Notes under the pieces: model-generated
What the model saw: only the letters and a program-made list of their open reading frames with translations
Database searches by the model: none
Told to the model about the DNA's origin: nothing
In this document: positions 49,001-59,000 of the stretch, piece by piece
Position numbering within the stretch: position 1 is the first letter of the stretch
Layout of the letters: each line of letters opens with the position of its first letter
Source: Syntrophales bacterium
GTDB taxonomy: Bacteria; Desulfobacterota; Syntrophia; Syntrophales; UBA2210
Assembly: GCA_963666365.2 (NCBI GenBank)
Contig: CAXXNF010000002.1
Coordinates: 2,208,001 to 2,272,000, forward strand
DNA length: 64,000 nt
Direction: 5' to 3'
Program-made: the position numbers and the translations under genes

Positions 49001-49755
49001 ACCGTATAATTCTGAATATTCCTAAGGTTATATTCGAACCGCAGCACGTCGTCGCTATACACGGTAAAGGCGCTCTTCAGGTCCTTCATTTTTTCCAGTG
49101 TCTTTTCGGCCCTCCGGGCCATCGTCTTGACATTCTGCGCGAACGCTTCGGTCTCAAGGCCTGCAAGCTTGGCTTCTTCGATGGCTTTGTAGTTATCGAT
49201 GAAACCGTTGGCGCCGTCGTAGAAGTCCTTGGCCAGACCGATTACATTCACTGTAGCGAGATCCTCGACGATATCCTTGAGGGAACTGAAGGTGTCGTAG
49301 GCGGTTTTGAGGTAGGAAAAGGCCTCATCCTGCTTGTTAAGGGTTCGCATGGCCGCCACTCCCTGAAGGGCCTCGGTGGCGTCTTTGAGAGACTTCTCGG
49401 CCTGCGCAACCTTGGCATCCCAGAAGGCCTCTGTAAAAGCCTCGCCCAGAGACAGCGAAAGCGAAGGGGGCGCATACCCCGGTTCCTCACGGCGCACCTC
49501 CAGGACATTGTCGTAGAACACCGGCGTCAGATTCGACTCGATATACCGATTGAGATCGGTCAGCATCTCCAGGGCCTCGCCGAGCTTCTTCTCCCGGGCA
49601 AGGTCGTTGATGGAATCGACCCGCTCCTGTATATAGACCTGTGTATCCTGTATCTCCTGCCGGGCGGTCGTCGCATCGGCAAAAACCTGAACCGGAATAA
49701 ATCCAAGTATCAGCATAAGCGGGAGAAATATCCCCTTTGTGTGCATTTTTCTCAT
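43009..49755 (-). CDS. Giant secreted protein (2248 aa): helical N-region, Big_5-type Ig domains, beta-propellers, TSP3-like Ca motifs, duplicated dockerin-like C-terminus
   Basis: Signal ending VFA; three VxFSE..D..GNPL Ig units; WSPDG repeats; DxDGLxDxWE; GDVNGD..DVNEDG. Confidence 0.85.
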   Translation of the reverse strand: MRKMHTKGIFLPLMLILGFIPVQVFADATTARQEIQDTQVYIQERVDSINDLAREKKLGEALEMLTDLNRYIESNLTPVFYDNVLEVRREEPGYAPPSLSLSLGEAFTEAFWDAKVAQAEKSLKDATEALQGVAAMRTLNKQDEAFSYLKTAYDTFSSLKDIVEDLATVNVIGLAKDFYDGANGFIDNYKAIEEAKLAGLETEAFAQNVKTMARRAEKTLEKMKDLKSAFTVYSDDVLRFEYNLRNIQNYTVRAVNDPAFPLDFSNELYAFDIGPYLTSMDSLKADFEAGEYCWDVFDYLYQKIYQEAGAERQQITANINGSSEPDSNKQIYLKDVNDNWAYFDAYADNLYTPHRNARVDALGQYDTLKATVDAGKAERNALIAAYWDESGFPQQDLRTFQEEEEGIVQLTISDGPGPYFLGREYNPYFPTGPLTSSLQMPAHTPDIIDYSFADYGSGLVKLAYAYRVMAEAGLKTNSTYTYANGSPVATVAVSPLSEELMGDVEFNLYRVRDQALDFEAFMKGKQEFIDAAISKHAEVETAEADLISHVMNNWSYLCLDASIEDNEASRQWDNLIVPVLISDWNIGDDVESAVASVDSHIGYIQGQNAFNGRMKKTKDLLLELQGKATLNSLIRFIVTDYNSLPDFPSEQGYRDFLTELNYLHAFYGPASLDGLMDLREEIIALFKEIYGEGVNQWFSTRNPYCLIEGTEPDAVGYFQQLLSAIGIWSDRHIEAVRQGFPGWDAWAKSQLAEFWPEGNSDDVRPRVTHFTPGRNSEETPLYQIVRVSFSEAIDGDTLAGGAILLEAKGIERSFTVRYDSALNALLINSGRMLPGTIYTVTLTEEITDLAGNPLVPESWSFSTEEVTAGATPVGIVINGVEEGGAYDEPVTITISVSSGGYSASLSYNGEPAEPVVSGLTVSRRGAYDLTVTADSGLSRSVYFTMGTETEAYELNIANEFTAADRSDTVTTSEYVGAGLRYFVDGQRYFYLYGGKVYLFDMRTGENSLLFETGDYYQGTGGYNAEPSTSCSFLGISGDLVLYCKSTGAEAPGLDPEEKTFSLFVYDIVTKKSARVPSANGVSLTAGFIKGDEVVWLDSHTGVPSMYGWKAGDAESETILELSGLESWQRPEVLGFDGQWVLYKVGDGNNYAVQYLDEVIGADYREPLGESLHAVNRVTGEEVTVIPRDSEDPLRIAHAGCVRGLAAFIAYRMHGEVVGGYWEDTCEESWLSLVRLASGISMPISFQPQVKNGQRFMMSESLIHYVDRVNAPPYSLSAAVYTSELTAKVFDLFSYETFTADLGTYAYKYELFGDRMITADPAARIVTFGKPISTATIAGQTPAPDTTGVPLDSDLTVVFSEDMKEESFTSEWIALSRLDGEGNFVERIALGISYDENSRILTLVPEMLQSDARYRVFMGGNVEDALGRALVQPRVWYFTTADVTGPSLVSSIPSRGSAVMAPGGAITLIFDEKVDQTSAAAAISLQQNGIEVAFTAYADDNGSLTLTPSSPLVYGTQYEVTGTSVLTDMKGNPLQNAFTLSFRTVGTFASALSGPIVYSDGMGTVSRIDADGSAQSVIASVSADNVLWSPDGSHIYCVSSGLQVMGADGSNLTTIADTLPWRFTPDFSPDGTRILYARQHEGTFEYDLVSAHLDGSDPQVLYSVSSGSITAVSWSPDGAHIAFVWFRDYASPVMLGILTVATGEVVLREDLTNPLWSPDGSRLYAQGKIEENGYRQSLIALFSDLQVDRVICELNEIAPAALSPTGQFIAFFMSDGIHVANLQSGTLDRRLVASAANMGPVRLFWSGDETKLVFNAVNVAGGWSTGAHVLDLAEGNIATIVTVAGGMPSLPMDWYAPSDTGTPVPVSVVLADLSTSEETRVRLSWEGYSTPAGFSEFRIYRAEAPFNYVTSMTPLAVTTGFTFDDTTAKKRNPYYYAVTAVTSGGRERTAVAPTGPLTPGDNDGLDDSWEERYFSGLGALPGDDPDADGLSNLREMQEFTDPTKADTDGDFAPDGMELERGMNPLVQDVLPLTLTAGDFEVEADATLTLVTTGGSGAYFWTLSDTGLAVVDSAGILSALAVGAVEITAHDSLFPGLASQPLTVSIVEERFALRQDGAVTLQRGGNVTIEAVGGSGIYVWEFSDDIPVFMEGDGSSRTFSSSAENGLFQVTVQDALRSELDPLTVTITIGEIPGDVNGDSRVTLDDAVAVLKVLTGMSDGISIFPVSDVNEDGTIGPQELSYILWKISMP

Positions 49756-50147
49756 ATCGACATCTCTGCTTTTTTATTGGCAAGGGTACCCTATCATCCA
49801 GTGTTCGTCAAGCAAGCGGGAGCCGGCGTCATAAAGAAACAGCAGCAACTCAGAAACCGCCAATCATGACATATGTATCTGATATTATAAACTATTTTAC
49901 GCCTTGCTCTCTTCAGCAGATCTTCTTTCTTTCGTGATGTGTGCAATTTCACAGGAGGCAATTCGCGTTGCAATTACAGGTTGCACATACATTCACTTAT
50001 GGTATGTATAGATATCACATTCAGAATCGTGGGCCCCGCCTTGGTCGGAGAGTATCGCGCGACCCGGCAATGGCGCCCGGCATGTGTCGTAAATTTTTCT
50101 TTCTTCGCAGACAGCCAGTAAAAAGAATGCAATGAAGGAGGCGTCTC

Positions 50148-53100
50148 ATGGCTCGATCAGCCCGCGTGTTTTTCTGTGTCGTCCTTTTCTTCATTTTTCT
50201 CTCCCCACAGGTTTTTGCAGCGTGTGACCCCTACAGCATATTACTTGAGCACGAAGGGAACACCTATAAACTGTTCCCGACATATCACCCCGCTAATGCC
50301 AATCCTTGGATTTGGCAAGGGGATGTGTCCGTGCCCCCGGATGGCCATAAACGTACCTATGCCCTGGATGGCATCAACAACTTCAATCTTAAGCCGACAG
50401 ACAAATGGGACCTGACGGTGATTGACAATACCCTGTATTCAAGCATCCCCTGTCGAAGAAATTATGACAGCTTTATTGGCCCACCCATTACGGATTCGGG
50501 AGATCCCGGCGGATTCTATGCCTGGGATAACGACGGGATACAATGCGGGTGTGATCCAGACATTCAAGTAACCATAATACCTTACGGTTTTAGGATATCA
50601 GTCCAGCCCGAAGGCGCCGGAACAGTTACGCTGACTCCGTCAAAGGAGGGTTACAGGTGCGGGGACGTGGTAGAGGCGAGGGCGGTGCCGGGCGCGGACT
50701 GGGTGTTCCTTCGATGGGAGGCGCCCACCATCAGCTATGAGAATCCCATAAGCTACACCTTCTACAAATACGGTGAGTGGTTTTATGCGTTCTTCAGGAA
50801 CTCCCACGTGCGGATGGAGGCGGGCGGCCGCAATCCATCGGAGGGATATTTCAGCCCCCATGGCGGCGAGTACCAGATTCTGGCCAACCATTTCACGCTT
50901 ACCAACAAGGTGAGCGAGGACGCTGTCGTTTCAGAGTTGCGCTTCGACATAGAGGGGGATCTGTCACTGCTTGCCGGTGCGACGCTGATCCGCGACGACG
51001 GCTGCGAAGGCGCCGGGACGGAAATCGCCGCGACGGACGACGTCAGCGGAGGCGCCGCGACCTTTTCCGGGTTGAATGAAACGTTGGCCGGCGGGTCTTC
51101 GTGCTGCTACGGATTGATTCTCCGGTTCAGGACGGACGTCGAGATTCCCTTCCGCAAAGAATACCGTGCGAGCATTTCCCGCGATCAGGTGCAGGGACAG
51201 GTGTCCGGTGATCCTGCCGATATATCGGGGGACACGGTGACGGGCGCCGTCTGTTCGGCCGGTCCCAAGATCACCCTTACCGCCACCTATGACGGCAACG
51301 GCACCGGGGACAGCCGGATAGGCACCTTTCTGGGCGGCATCGAGGCGCTGAATACACTGACGGCCCACATAGACATGGCGCCGGAGAATTTCGCTACCGT
51401 GGAGCGAGTGGTTTTCGACATCAACGATGTGGTCAGGGAGGGGGCAAAAGTTGAGGAAAGCGCCGATTACGAAGCCGTCTACAACATGGGGGATTTTCAG
51501 CAGACCGTTCCCCTGACCGTGACGGCGCATCTGAACATGAACGGCACCGCCCTGCAGGCGCAGGAATCCTACACGCTGAAGGCCCTCCCCATGCCCGGAT
51601 GGTTCGAGGTGGTGGCCGGCATCAGCGAATCCTTTACCAAAGAGTTCGATACGGAAGAAGCGGCCTACAAGGTGGGCTTTACCTACCCGACCAATTTTAT
51701 ATGGAGCGACTATGTGCCCAGCAGCGTGGGACTTCTGGGCGGCCTGAACAACGACCTTGGCATCGAGTTTACCGCCAATGCCGTCTATCGCATTGACGAA
51801 ACGAGCACCTTCGGCGCCACGATCAAAGGGCAGCCCGTCATCCTGGGCCATGAATTCGGGCTGGAAGGGGGACTCTCGGGGGATTTCGACCAGAACTTCG
51901 CCTTTCAGCGGGGCAACGGCACACTGCGGGCCAGTTTCGCCTTCGATCTGCCCGAGAAAGGGTACTCGAAGACATTCCTCATCTACGGCGTCCCGGTGAC
52001 GGCGGCGGTGGATCTGAGCGGCAACGTGGAGATTTTCATCCGGGGAAGCGCCGTTCTGAACCGCCAGCTCGAGTTCGAGGAGATCACCGTGGCCCCGGGT
52101 ACCACGGTCACGGGGAACGTGACTATTTCGCTTTCTGCTGTCTTCGGCCTGGCAAAAATCGCCGCCACGGGGTCCCCCACGGCCACTGTGGAAATCGAGC
52201 TGCGCTACACCACGGCCTCAGGCACCACCACGACATGGCGCGGCGAGATTGTCGTTCCCATCACGGTGGTGGGCTCCATCTTCTGGGGACTGGGGAGCGC
52301 GGAGCTCTACTCGACCGAGCTGGGCCCCTGGACCTTCCCCTCGGGCGGCGCTGCACCCCAGGCCTTCAGACCTTTGGGTGAGATTGAAGGACCGGCAGTG
52401 CCGCGACTGCTGTCCACCTCGGCCCTCGCCATCGATGGAAGCGGCCGACGGATGACCCTCTGGATCGACGACAGGACACCGGCGGCGCCCGCCCCCGATC
52501 CGGACGTCTTTTACCGCTACTACGACGGCAGCGCCTGGTCCGGCTCGGCACCGCTCATCGGCACCGCGCAGACCAACCTGGAGTGGGAAACGGACCCGGC
52601 GGTGGTCTTCCTGAACGGCGGCGCCGCCCTGGCTGCATGGACGGCCAACAAGGGGGACAAGTCCCTCAACGACCTCAATGACATCCTGGCCCATCAGGAC
52701 ATCGCCTTCGCCCTCTGGAACGGCGAAGCATGGACCACGCCGGCGAAAGTCATCGACGATGACGAGGCGGACGGCACGGTGCGCCTGGCCTACGACGGCT
52801 CAAATCAGAAGGCGCTCGCCGTGTGGGTCCACAACGCCGACGCGGGGAAGAATGCGATGAGCAGAACGGCCTGGAAACTGATGTACGCCCTCTTCGATCC
52901 GGCGGCCAACGAAGGCGCCGGGGCATTTGCAGTTCCTGCGGACGTGCCGGGCACTGCGACGGGCACGGCGGATCAGATGCCCGCCATTGCCGCCGACGGC
53001 GCCGGCACCGTGCTGCTGCTCTGGGCCAGGGACGACGACGGGGAGTTCTATAGGGAGCTTTCCGGCGTCACCAACGGTACCAACGTGGATTACGAAAACA

Positions 53101-54533
53101 ACGACAGCCACATCTACTGGACCCGGTGGAACGGCACAGGCTGGAACGATCCCCAGGCCCTGGCCACGGGAGGCACCGCCACGAAGCTCTCCCCCTCCGT
53201 CGCCTTTTCGCCCGGCGGGACAGCCCTGGCCGTATGGACGGAAAAGGAGGTGTCCCAGGGGGCGACGATGCACCGCCTGAAGTACGCCGTCTATGCCGAC
53301 GGCGGCTGGTCGTCGCCGGAGGTGATCACGGAGAGTCCCCGGTTCATCGAGGACCCGAAGGCCGTGGTGGACGCTGCGGGAACCGCCACAGTTATCTGGC
53401 GGGCCTACGCGGGGAGATCGAAGGGAGGAGGGGCGCTCTTCTCCAGTACGGGACAGATGCCCGCTCCGTCCTGGTCGGAACCGAAGCAGATCACCCACGA
53501 CGACACCCTGCAGTGGCAGGCCGACGCGGCGCTGGACGAGAACAACAAGGTCTATACCGTGTGGAGCGCCTACGACGCTTCGTCGGGCATCGCAAGCACC
53601 GGCACGGGCTTCGGAAGCGGCGTCAACGTGGCGCAGGAGAGTCCGAACTCGGCGGCACTGACGGGCGTCTACGCCGATGCGGGGGTCGATGCCGACAGCA
53701 ACGGCATATACGAATCGCTGGCGGTCTCCCTGGGGGTGAACATCCTTGTAGCGGGAGACTACGAGGTCCGGGGCGATCTGTACAAGGGGGATCAATTCAT
53801 CCTCTCCGCCCTGACGGCAGAAGACGGTCTCGACACGGGGACACACACATTCGTCCTTTCCTTCCCCGGCGGCATTCTCTCCGACCGCGGGCTCGACGGC
53901 CCCTACGCCCTGAAACAGGTGGTGGTCATGGACCGGAGTGATTCACCGGTGCAGACGGCCTTCGCCGCGGCACCCCACACGACGGCGGCCTACCTGGCAT
54001 CGCAGTTCGTCCAGGGCCCCCTGGCGCTGGACAAGTCCTCCTATCTGGGAACAGGGGAAACGGCGCTGATCACCGTGACCGATGCACTGGCAAACACCAG
54101 CGCCGACTCGGTGCAGACTATCGCCGTAGAGGTGGCGAGCACCCGCGATTACGAAGGGTTTATGCTTGGGCTGGTCGAAACGGGACCGGACACGGGTGTT
54201 TTCCGGGGGACGCTCGGTTTCAGCCTGCTCTCAAGCTCCTCGGAACTTGAGCGGCTCCTCGTGGCCGATCACGACCTTATTCAGGTGATCTATGAAGATC
54301 CGAACCGCGACTACCGCTTTATCGAAAGAGCCCTCTGGACAGCGGTAGGCGCCGGCGACGTCAACAGCGACGGGCAGGTTACCCTGACGGATGCCATCGT
54401 GACCCTTCAGTGCGCCGCTCATATGACCACGGAGACCGCCATTATCACAAAGGACGCCGATGTTGACGGCGATGAAAGAATCGGTATGGCGGAAATCCTC
54501 TATATTCTTCAACGGACAGCCGGTCTCCGCTGA
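50148..54533 (+). CDS. Large secreted protein A (1461 aa): Cys/aromatic tip, InlB-B/Flg_new-like repeat, beta-rich body, propeller, dockerin-like C-terminus
   Basis: RBS AAGGAGG; signal ending VFA; GTVTLTP..GY..GD..W.F.RW; W.G..W propeller repeats; GDVNSDG..DVDGD. Confidence 0.85.
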   Translation: MARSARVFFCVVLFFIFLSPQVFAACDPYSILLEHEGNTYKLFPTYHPANANPWIWQGDVSVPPDGHKRTYALDGINNFNLKPTDKWDLTVIDNTLYSSIPCRRNYDSFIGPPITDSGDPGGFYAWDNDGIQCGCDPDIQVTIIPYGFRISVQPEGAGTVTLTPSKEGYRCGDVVEARAVPGADWVFLRWEAPTISYENPISYTFYKYGEWFYAFFRNSHVRMEAGGRNPSEGYFSPHGGEYQILANHFTLTNKVSEDAVVSELRFDIEGDLSLLAGATLIRDDGCEGAGTEIAATDDVSGGAATFSGLNETLAGGSSCCYGLILRFRTDVEIPFRKEYRASISRDQVQGQVSGDPADISGDTVTGAVCSAGPKITLTATYDGNGTGDSRIGTFLGGIEALNTLTAHIDMAPENFATVERVVFDINDVVREGAKVEESADYEAVYNMGDFQQTVPLTVTAHLNMNGTALQAQESYTLKALPMPGWFEVVAGISESFTKEFDTEEAAYKVGFTYPTNFIWSDYVPSSVGLLGGLNNDLGIEFTANAVYRIDETSTFGATIKGQPVILGHEFGLEGGLSGDFDQNFAFQRGNGTLRASFAFDLPEKGYSKTFLIYGVPVTAAVDLSGNVEIFIRGSAVLNRQLEFEEITVAPGTTVTGNVTISLSAVFGLAKIAATGSPTATVEIELRYTTASGTTTTWRGEIVVPITVVGSIFWGLGSAELYSTELGPWTFPSGGAAPQAFRPLGEIEGPAVPRLLSTSALAIDGSGRRMTLWIDDRTPAAPAPDPDVFYRYYDGSAWSGSAPLIGTAQTNLEWETDPAVVFLNGGAALAAWTANKGDKSLNDLNDILAHQDIAFALWNGEAWTTPAKVIDDDEADGTVRLAYDGSNQKALAVWVHNADAGKNAMSRTAWKLMYALFDPAANEGAGAFAVPADVPGTATGTADQMPAIAADGAGTVLLLWARDDDGEFYRELSGVTNGTNVDYENNDSHIYWTRWNGTGWNDPQALATGGTATKLSPSVAFSPGGTALAVWTEKEVSQGATMHRLKYAVYADGGWSSPEVITESPRFIEDPKAVVDAAGTATVIWRAYAGRSKGGGALFSSTGQMPAPSWSEPKQITHDDTLQWQADAALDENNKVYTVWSAYDASSGIASTGTGFGSGVNVAQESPNSAALTGVYADAGVDADSNGIYESLAVSLGVNILVAGDYEVRGDLYKGDQFILSALTAEDGLDTGTHTFVLSFPGGILSDRGLDGPYALKQVVVMDRSDSPVQTAFAAAPHTTAAYLASQFVQGPLALDKSSYLGTGETALITVTDALANTSADSVQTIAVEVASTRDYEGFMLGLVETGPDTGVFRGTLGFSLLSSSSELERLLVADHDLIQVIYEDPNRDYRFIERALWTAVGAGDVNSDGQVTLTDAIVTLQCAAHMTTETAIITKDADVDGDERIGMAEILYILQRTAGLR

Positions 54534-54551
54534 GTGGGCGTCGCTGCCGGA

Positions 54552-54637
54552 AGATATGGGGTCGGACCTTGATTATTTGACTGAGATTACGAATGGTCTC
54601 CGTATCCTGTCAATAGTCAACGCCTGATCCCATATCT
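54552..54637. repeat. Imperfect palindromic mini-element overlapping the toxin 3' end
   Basis: AGATATGGG-GTCGG..TTGA.TATT..GAC ... GTCAATAGTCAA..CCTGATCCCATATCT. Confidence 0.65.
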
Positions 54638-54978
54638 CCCGGCAGCAAAGGTTCTAATAACGCGATAAGTTCCGGGATTCTTTCCGTTGCTACAACCCAG
54701 ATTCTTTCATTTTTTATCTCACCGTATTCATGGATCAAAATATTTCGCTGGCCGATGATATTTCTCCATGGAATTTCGGGATAAGATTTCTGAAAATCTT
54801 CTGAAATGCGATTCGCCGCTTCGCCGATAATTTCCATATTTCTTTCCACGGCGTTTCTGAGCATCCGATCCGTTTGAAAATCATGAAACGTGCGTCCGGC
54901 AGTAAATACAGATACGGCTTTTGCAGCATCCAGCATGTCCCATACATAAGCCGGATCTCGGCTTTCGTCACGCAGCAT
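54610..54978 (-). CDS. HepT-like HEPN RNase toxin (DUF86)
   Basis: IIGEAA, EIPW, RNILIHEY (RX4HXY). Confidence 0.9.
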   Translation of the reverse strand: MLRDESRDPAYVWDMLDAAKAVSVFTAGRTFHDFQTDRMLRNAVERNMEIIGEAANRISEDFQKSYPEIPWRNIIGQRNILIHEYGEIKNERIWVVATERIPELIALLEPLLPGDMGSGVDY

Positions 54979-55273
54979 AGAGCACCTTGTGCTTTGCCAA
55001 CATTGAACGCCGGCGATAAGGATTGCGTATGGCCTCTTTTTCTACAAGATCAACTTCGCGGCCAAAGATAGTCCTAAGTTCATCTTTCATGTCTACAAAA
55101 TCATACAGACTCCATGTGGAATTTTCTCCAAAACTCAGCAAGACATCTATATCGCTGTCCGACTGGAAATCATCGCGTAACACTGAACCGAACAATGAAA
55201 ATTCCACAATTTTCCATTTTGCGCAAAAAGCCTTGATGCTTTCCATGGGGATGTCAATTCTGGGCTGCGCCAT
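54968..55273 (-). CDS. Minimal nucleotidyltransferase antitoxin (MntA-like)
   Basis: FGSVLRDDFQSDSDIDVL (GSX10DXD), GREVDLV. Confidence 0.9.
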   Translation of the reverse strand: MAQPRIDIPMESIKAFCAKWKIVEFSLFGSVLRDDFQSDSDIDVLLSFGENSTWSLYDFVDMKDELRTIFGREVDLVEKEAIRNPYRRRSMLAKHKVLYAA

Positions 55274-55314
55274 GCTTCACCTTTTTTGCTCAATGAATCC
55301 CGTATTTATTAATT

Positions 55315-55465
55315 AACGGCTTCGTAAAAAGTCCGATCTCTGCGTTACACTGCATCTCTCGTCACTGCGGCGTACCGTAAATATGCCTAATTCCCAGAGA
55401 TTTGCAAGACTTGGTTTCGGCCTTTTTACAAAGCCGCCTGATTTTGTACTTTTTACGGGTTCGTC
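55315..55465. mobile_element. MITE-like element with terminal inverted repeats
   Basis: AACGGCTTCGTAAAAAGT ... ACTTTTTACGGGTTCGTC; non-coding. Confidence 0.6.
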
Positions 55466-55727
55466 ATTTCTTAATTATTGAATCATGCTAAGGAAAAGCC
55501 TCCTTTAAGTCAAGAACAAATAATTGATTCCACAGGCAATTTCAAATATGAGCAAAGGCTGAATTCAGACTGGAGTTTCAGAATTAACGGAAACAAACTA
55601 CCCTAAACCATTGTCATAACCCAATTTATTGCTTTCCAGCCTGTAAGACCCCACTATCATTGATGCAATAGCTAAAGGTCGATAGGACTTCGTATTGGGT
55701 CTGGATAGCTTTATCAACTCTTCTCTT

Positions 55728-55810
55728 TGTCTTTCCGGACGCGCGGAGCGCGACCAGGAATCCAGGAAGTCTCTAAAAATACTGGATGCCGGATCAAATC
55801 CGTCATGACG
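55728..55810. repeat. REP-like palindrome related to the insert at 22135-22220
   Basis: GTCTTTCCGG..GGAATCCAG...CTGGATGCCGGATCAAATCCGTCATGAC. Confidence 0.6.
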
Positions 55811-56051
55811 ATATTGAACCCAAAGGGGATAAAGCTCTCGGTCTGTCGGATGGAACAGGCGGTGGATTTGGGTTCCAATTACAGTTTGCGAATATATTCA
55901 ATTATGGTATGTACACATTTAGTATTTGGAATTGCGGACTCCGCCTTGGTCGCATGGCATCACGCGACTCGGAAACGGCGCCCGGCATGTGTCGTACCTT
56001 TTTTCTCCTCACACACAGACAGTTAAAAGAAGGCAATGAAGGAGACGCTTT

Positions 56052-59000
56052 ATGACTCGATCAGCCCATGTATTCTTCTATGCGATACTTTTTCTTATTC
56101 TGCTATGCCCCCATGCCTTTGCATTGAATTGCGGCTATCATATCCTTTTGGAACACGAAGGGGTGGAGTATACATTCGGTTCCGGCAGCTCATCCTATTA
56201 CGGCGATCACTGTTGCTGGCAACAATGGTTTTCTTATGGCACGGATGGCTATCGCAATTATAGCATGGGAGTCAACAGAGGGGGTCTCGGCATGGATCTG
56301 GACGCCTGGTTCGTTTCGATAATAGATAATGCCTGGCTTGACACGTCGTGCCAAAGAAATTATGACTACTTCCAGGGACCTGCTGCAACGGATGCATCGG
56401 ACCCCACCGGATCATACACCCTCAAGGAGTTTACAGACGACTGGGGAGCATGCGGGGGCAGAACAATCACTGTCCGGATAGTCCCCCTTGACGTCAATGT
56501 GGAGGTTGAACCGGAAGAGGCGGGTACCGTGGCGATAACCCCTTCAAAGGACGGCTATTGCATTGGAGACGAAATAGAAGCGGAAGCCCTGCCTGGAACC
56601 GACTGGGTATTCTATCGATGGACATCCCCCACATACAGCTATTCAAATCCTCTAAGCTACACCCTCTATTCCTATGGCACGACATTCAGGGCCACATTCA
56701 AGGATTCCCAGCTGCGGATAGAGGAAGGAAACCGCAACCCATCGGAGGGATATTTCAACCCATACGGAGGCGAGTATCAGATCCTGGCCAATCATTTCAA
56801 GATCACCAATAAAGTGGATCAAGACGCCACCTTTTCAGAACTAAGCTTTACGATAACGGGTGATCTGTCGCTGCTTGCGGGCGCGACGCTGATCGGGGAC
56901 GAGGGCTGCACAGGCACGGGAACTGAAATCGCCACTACGGCCAATCTCAGCGGAGACACGGTCACTTTTACCGGGTTGAGTGAAACGGTCCCCGGCGGAA
57001 CCGAACGCTGCTACGGGCTCCTTTTGAGCTTCAAAACGGGCGTCACCATCCCCTTCCGCAAAGAATACCGCGTGAGCATTTCCCGCGATCAGGTGCAGGC
57101 AAAGGTGTCAGGCAGCAGTGCCGATATATCGGGGGACACGGTGACGGGGGCCGTCTGTTCGGCCGGTCCCAAGATCACCCTTACCGCCACCTATGACGGC
57201 AACGGCACCGGGGACAGCCGGATAGGCACCTTTCTGGGCGGCATCGAGGCGCTGAATACACTGACGGCCCACATAGACATGGTGCCGGAGAATTTCGCTA
57301 CCGTGGAGCGAGTGGTTTTCGACATCAACGATGTGGTCAGGGAGGGGGCAAAAGTTGAGGAAAGCGCCGATTACGAAGCCGTCTACAACATGGGGGATTT
57401 TCAGCAGACCGTTCCCCTGACCGTGACGGCGCATCTGAACATGAACGGCACCGCCCTGCAGGCGCAGGAATCCTACACGCTGAAGGCCCTCCCCATGCCC
57501 GGATGGTTCGAGGTGGTGGCCGGCATCAGCGAATCCTTTACCAAAGAGTTCGATACGGAAGAAACGGCCTACAAGGTGGGCTTTACCTACCCGACCAATT
57601 TTATATGGAGCGACTATGTGCCCAGCAGCGTGGGACTTCTGGGCGGCCTGAACAACGACCTTGGCATCGAGTTTACCGCCAATGCCGTCTATCGCATTGA
57701 CGAAACGAGCACCTTCGGCGCCACGATCAAAGGGCAGCCCGTCATCCTGGGCCATGAATTCGGGCTGGAAGGGGGACTCTCGGGGGATTTCGACCAGAAC
57801 TTCGCCTTTCAGCGGGGCAACGGCACACTGCGGGCCAGTTTCGCCTTCGATCTGCCCGAGAAAGGGTACTCGAAGACATTCCTCATCTACGGCGTCCCGG
57901 TGACGGCGGCGGTGGATCTGAGCGGCAACGTGGAGATTTTCATCCGGGGAAGCGCCGTTCTGAACCGCCAGCTCGAGTTCGAGGAGATCACCGTGGCCCC
58001 GGGTACCACGGTCACGGGGAACGTGACTATTTCGCTTTCTGCTGTCTTCGGCCTGGCAAAAATCGCCGCCACGGGGTCCCCCACGGCCACTGTGGAAATC
58101 GAGCTGCGCTACACCACGGCCTCAGGCACCACCACGACATGGCGCGGCGAGATTGTCGTTCCCATCACGGTGGTGGGCTCCATCTTCTGGGGACTGGGGA
58201 GCGCGGAGCTCTACTCGACCGAGCTGGGCCCCTGGACCTTCCCCTCGGGCGGCGCTGCACCCCAGGCCTTCAGACCTTTGGGTGAGATTGAAGGACCGGC
58301 AGTGCCGCGACTGCTGTCCACCTCGGCCCTCGCCATCGATGGAAGCGGCCGACGGATGACCCTCTGGATCGACGACAGGACACCGGCGGCGCCCGCCCCC
58401 GATCCGGACGTCTTTTACCGCTACTACGACGGCAGCGCTTGGTCCGGCTCGGCACCGCTCATCGGCACCGCGCAGACCAACCTGGAGTGGGAAACGGACC
58501 CGGCGGTGGTCTTCCTGAACGGCGGCGCCGCCCTGGCGGCATGGACGGCCAACAAGGGGGACAAGTCCCTCAACGACCTCAATGACATCCTGGCCCATCA
58601 GGACATCGCCTTCGCCCTCTGGAACGGCGAAGCATGGACCACGCCGGCGAAAGTCATCGACGATGACGAGGCGGACGGCACGGTGCGCCTGGCCTACGAC
58701 GGCTCAAATCAGAAGGCGCTCGCCGTGTGGGTCCACAACGCCGACGCGGGGAAGAATGCGATGAGCAGAACGGCCTGGAAACTGATGTACGCCCTCTTCG
58801 ATCCGGCGGCCAACGAAGGCGCCGGGGCATTTGCAGTTCCTGCGGACGTGCCGGGCACTGCGACGGGCACGGCGGATCAGATGCCCGCCATTGCCGCCGA
58901 CGGCGCCGGCACCGTGCTGCTGCTCTGGGCCAGGGACGACGACGGGGAGTTCTATAGGGAGCTTTCCGGCGTCACCAACGGTACCAACGTGGATTACGAA

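Noticed and set aside
52800..53941. Long alternative-frame and antisense ORFs (348 aa, 271 aa, and copies at 58704-59845)
   Set aside because: Shadow ORFs of GC-rich coding sequence with no recognisable motifs
50148..57118. Diversity-generating retroelement explaining the variable tips
   Set aside because: No reverse transcriptase in the window; differences involve all bases and indels rather than adenine positions only
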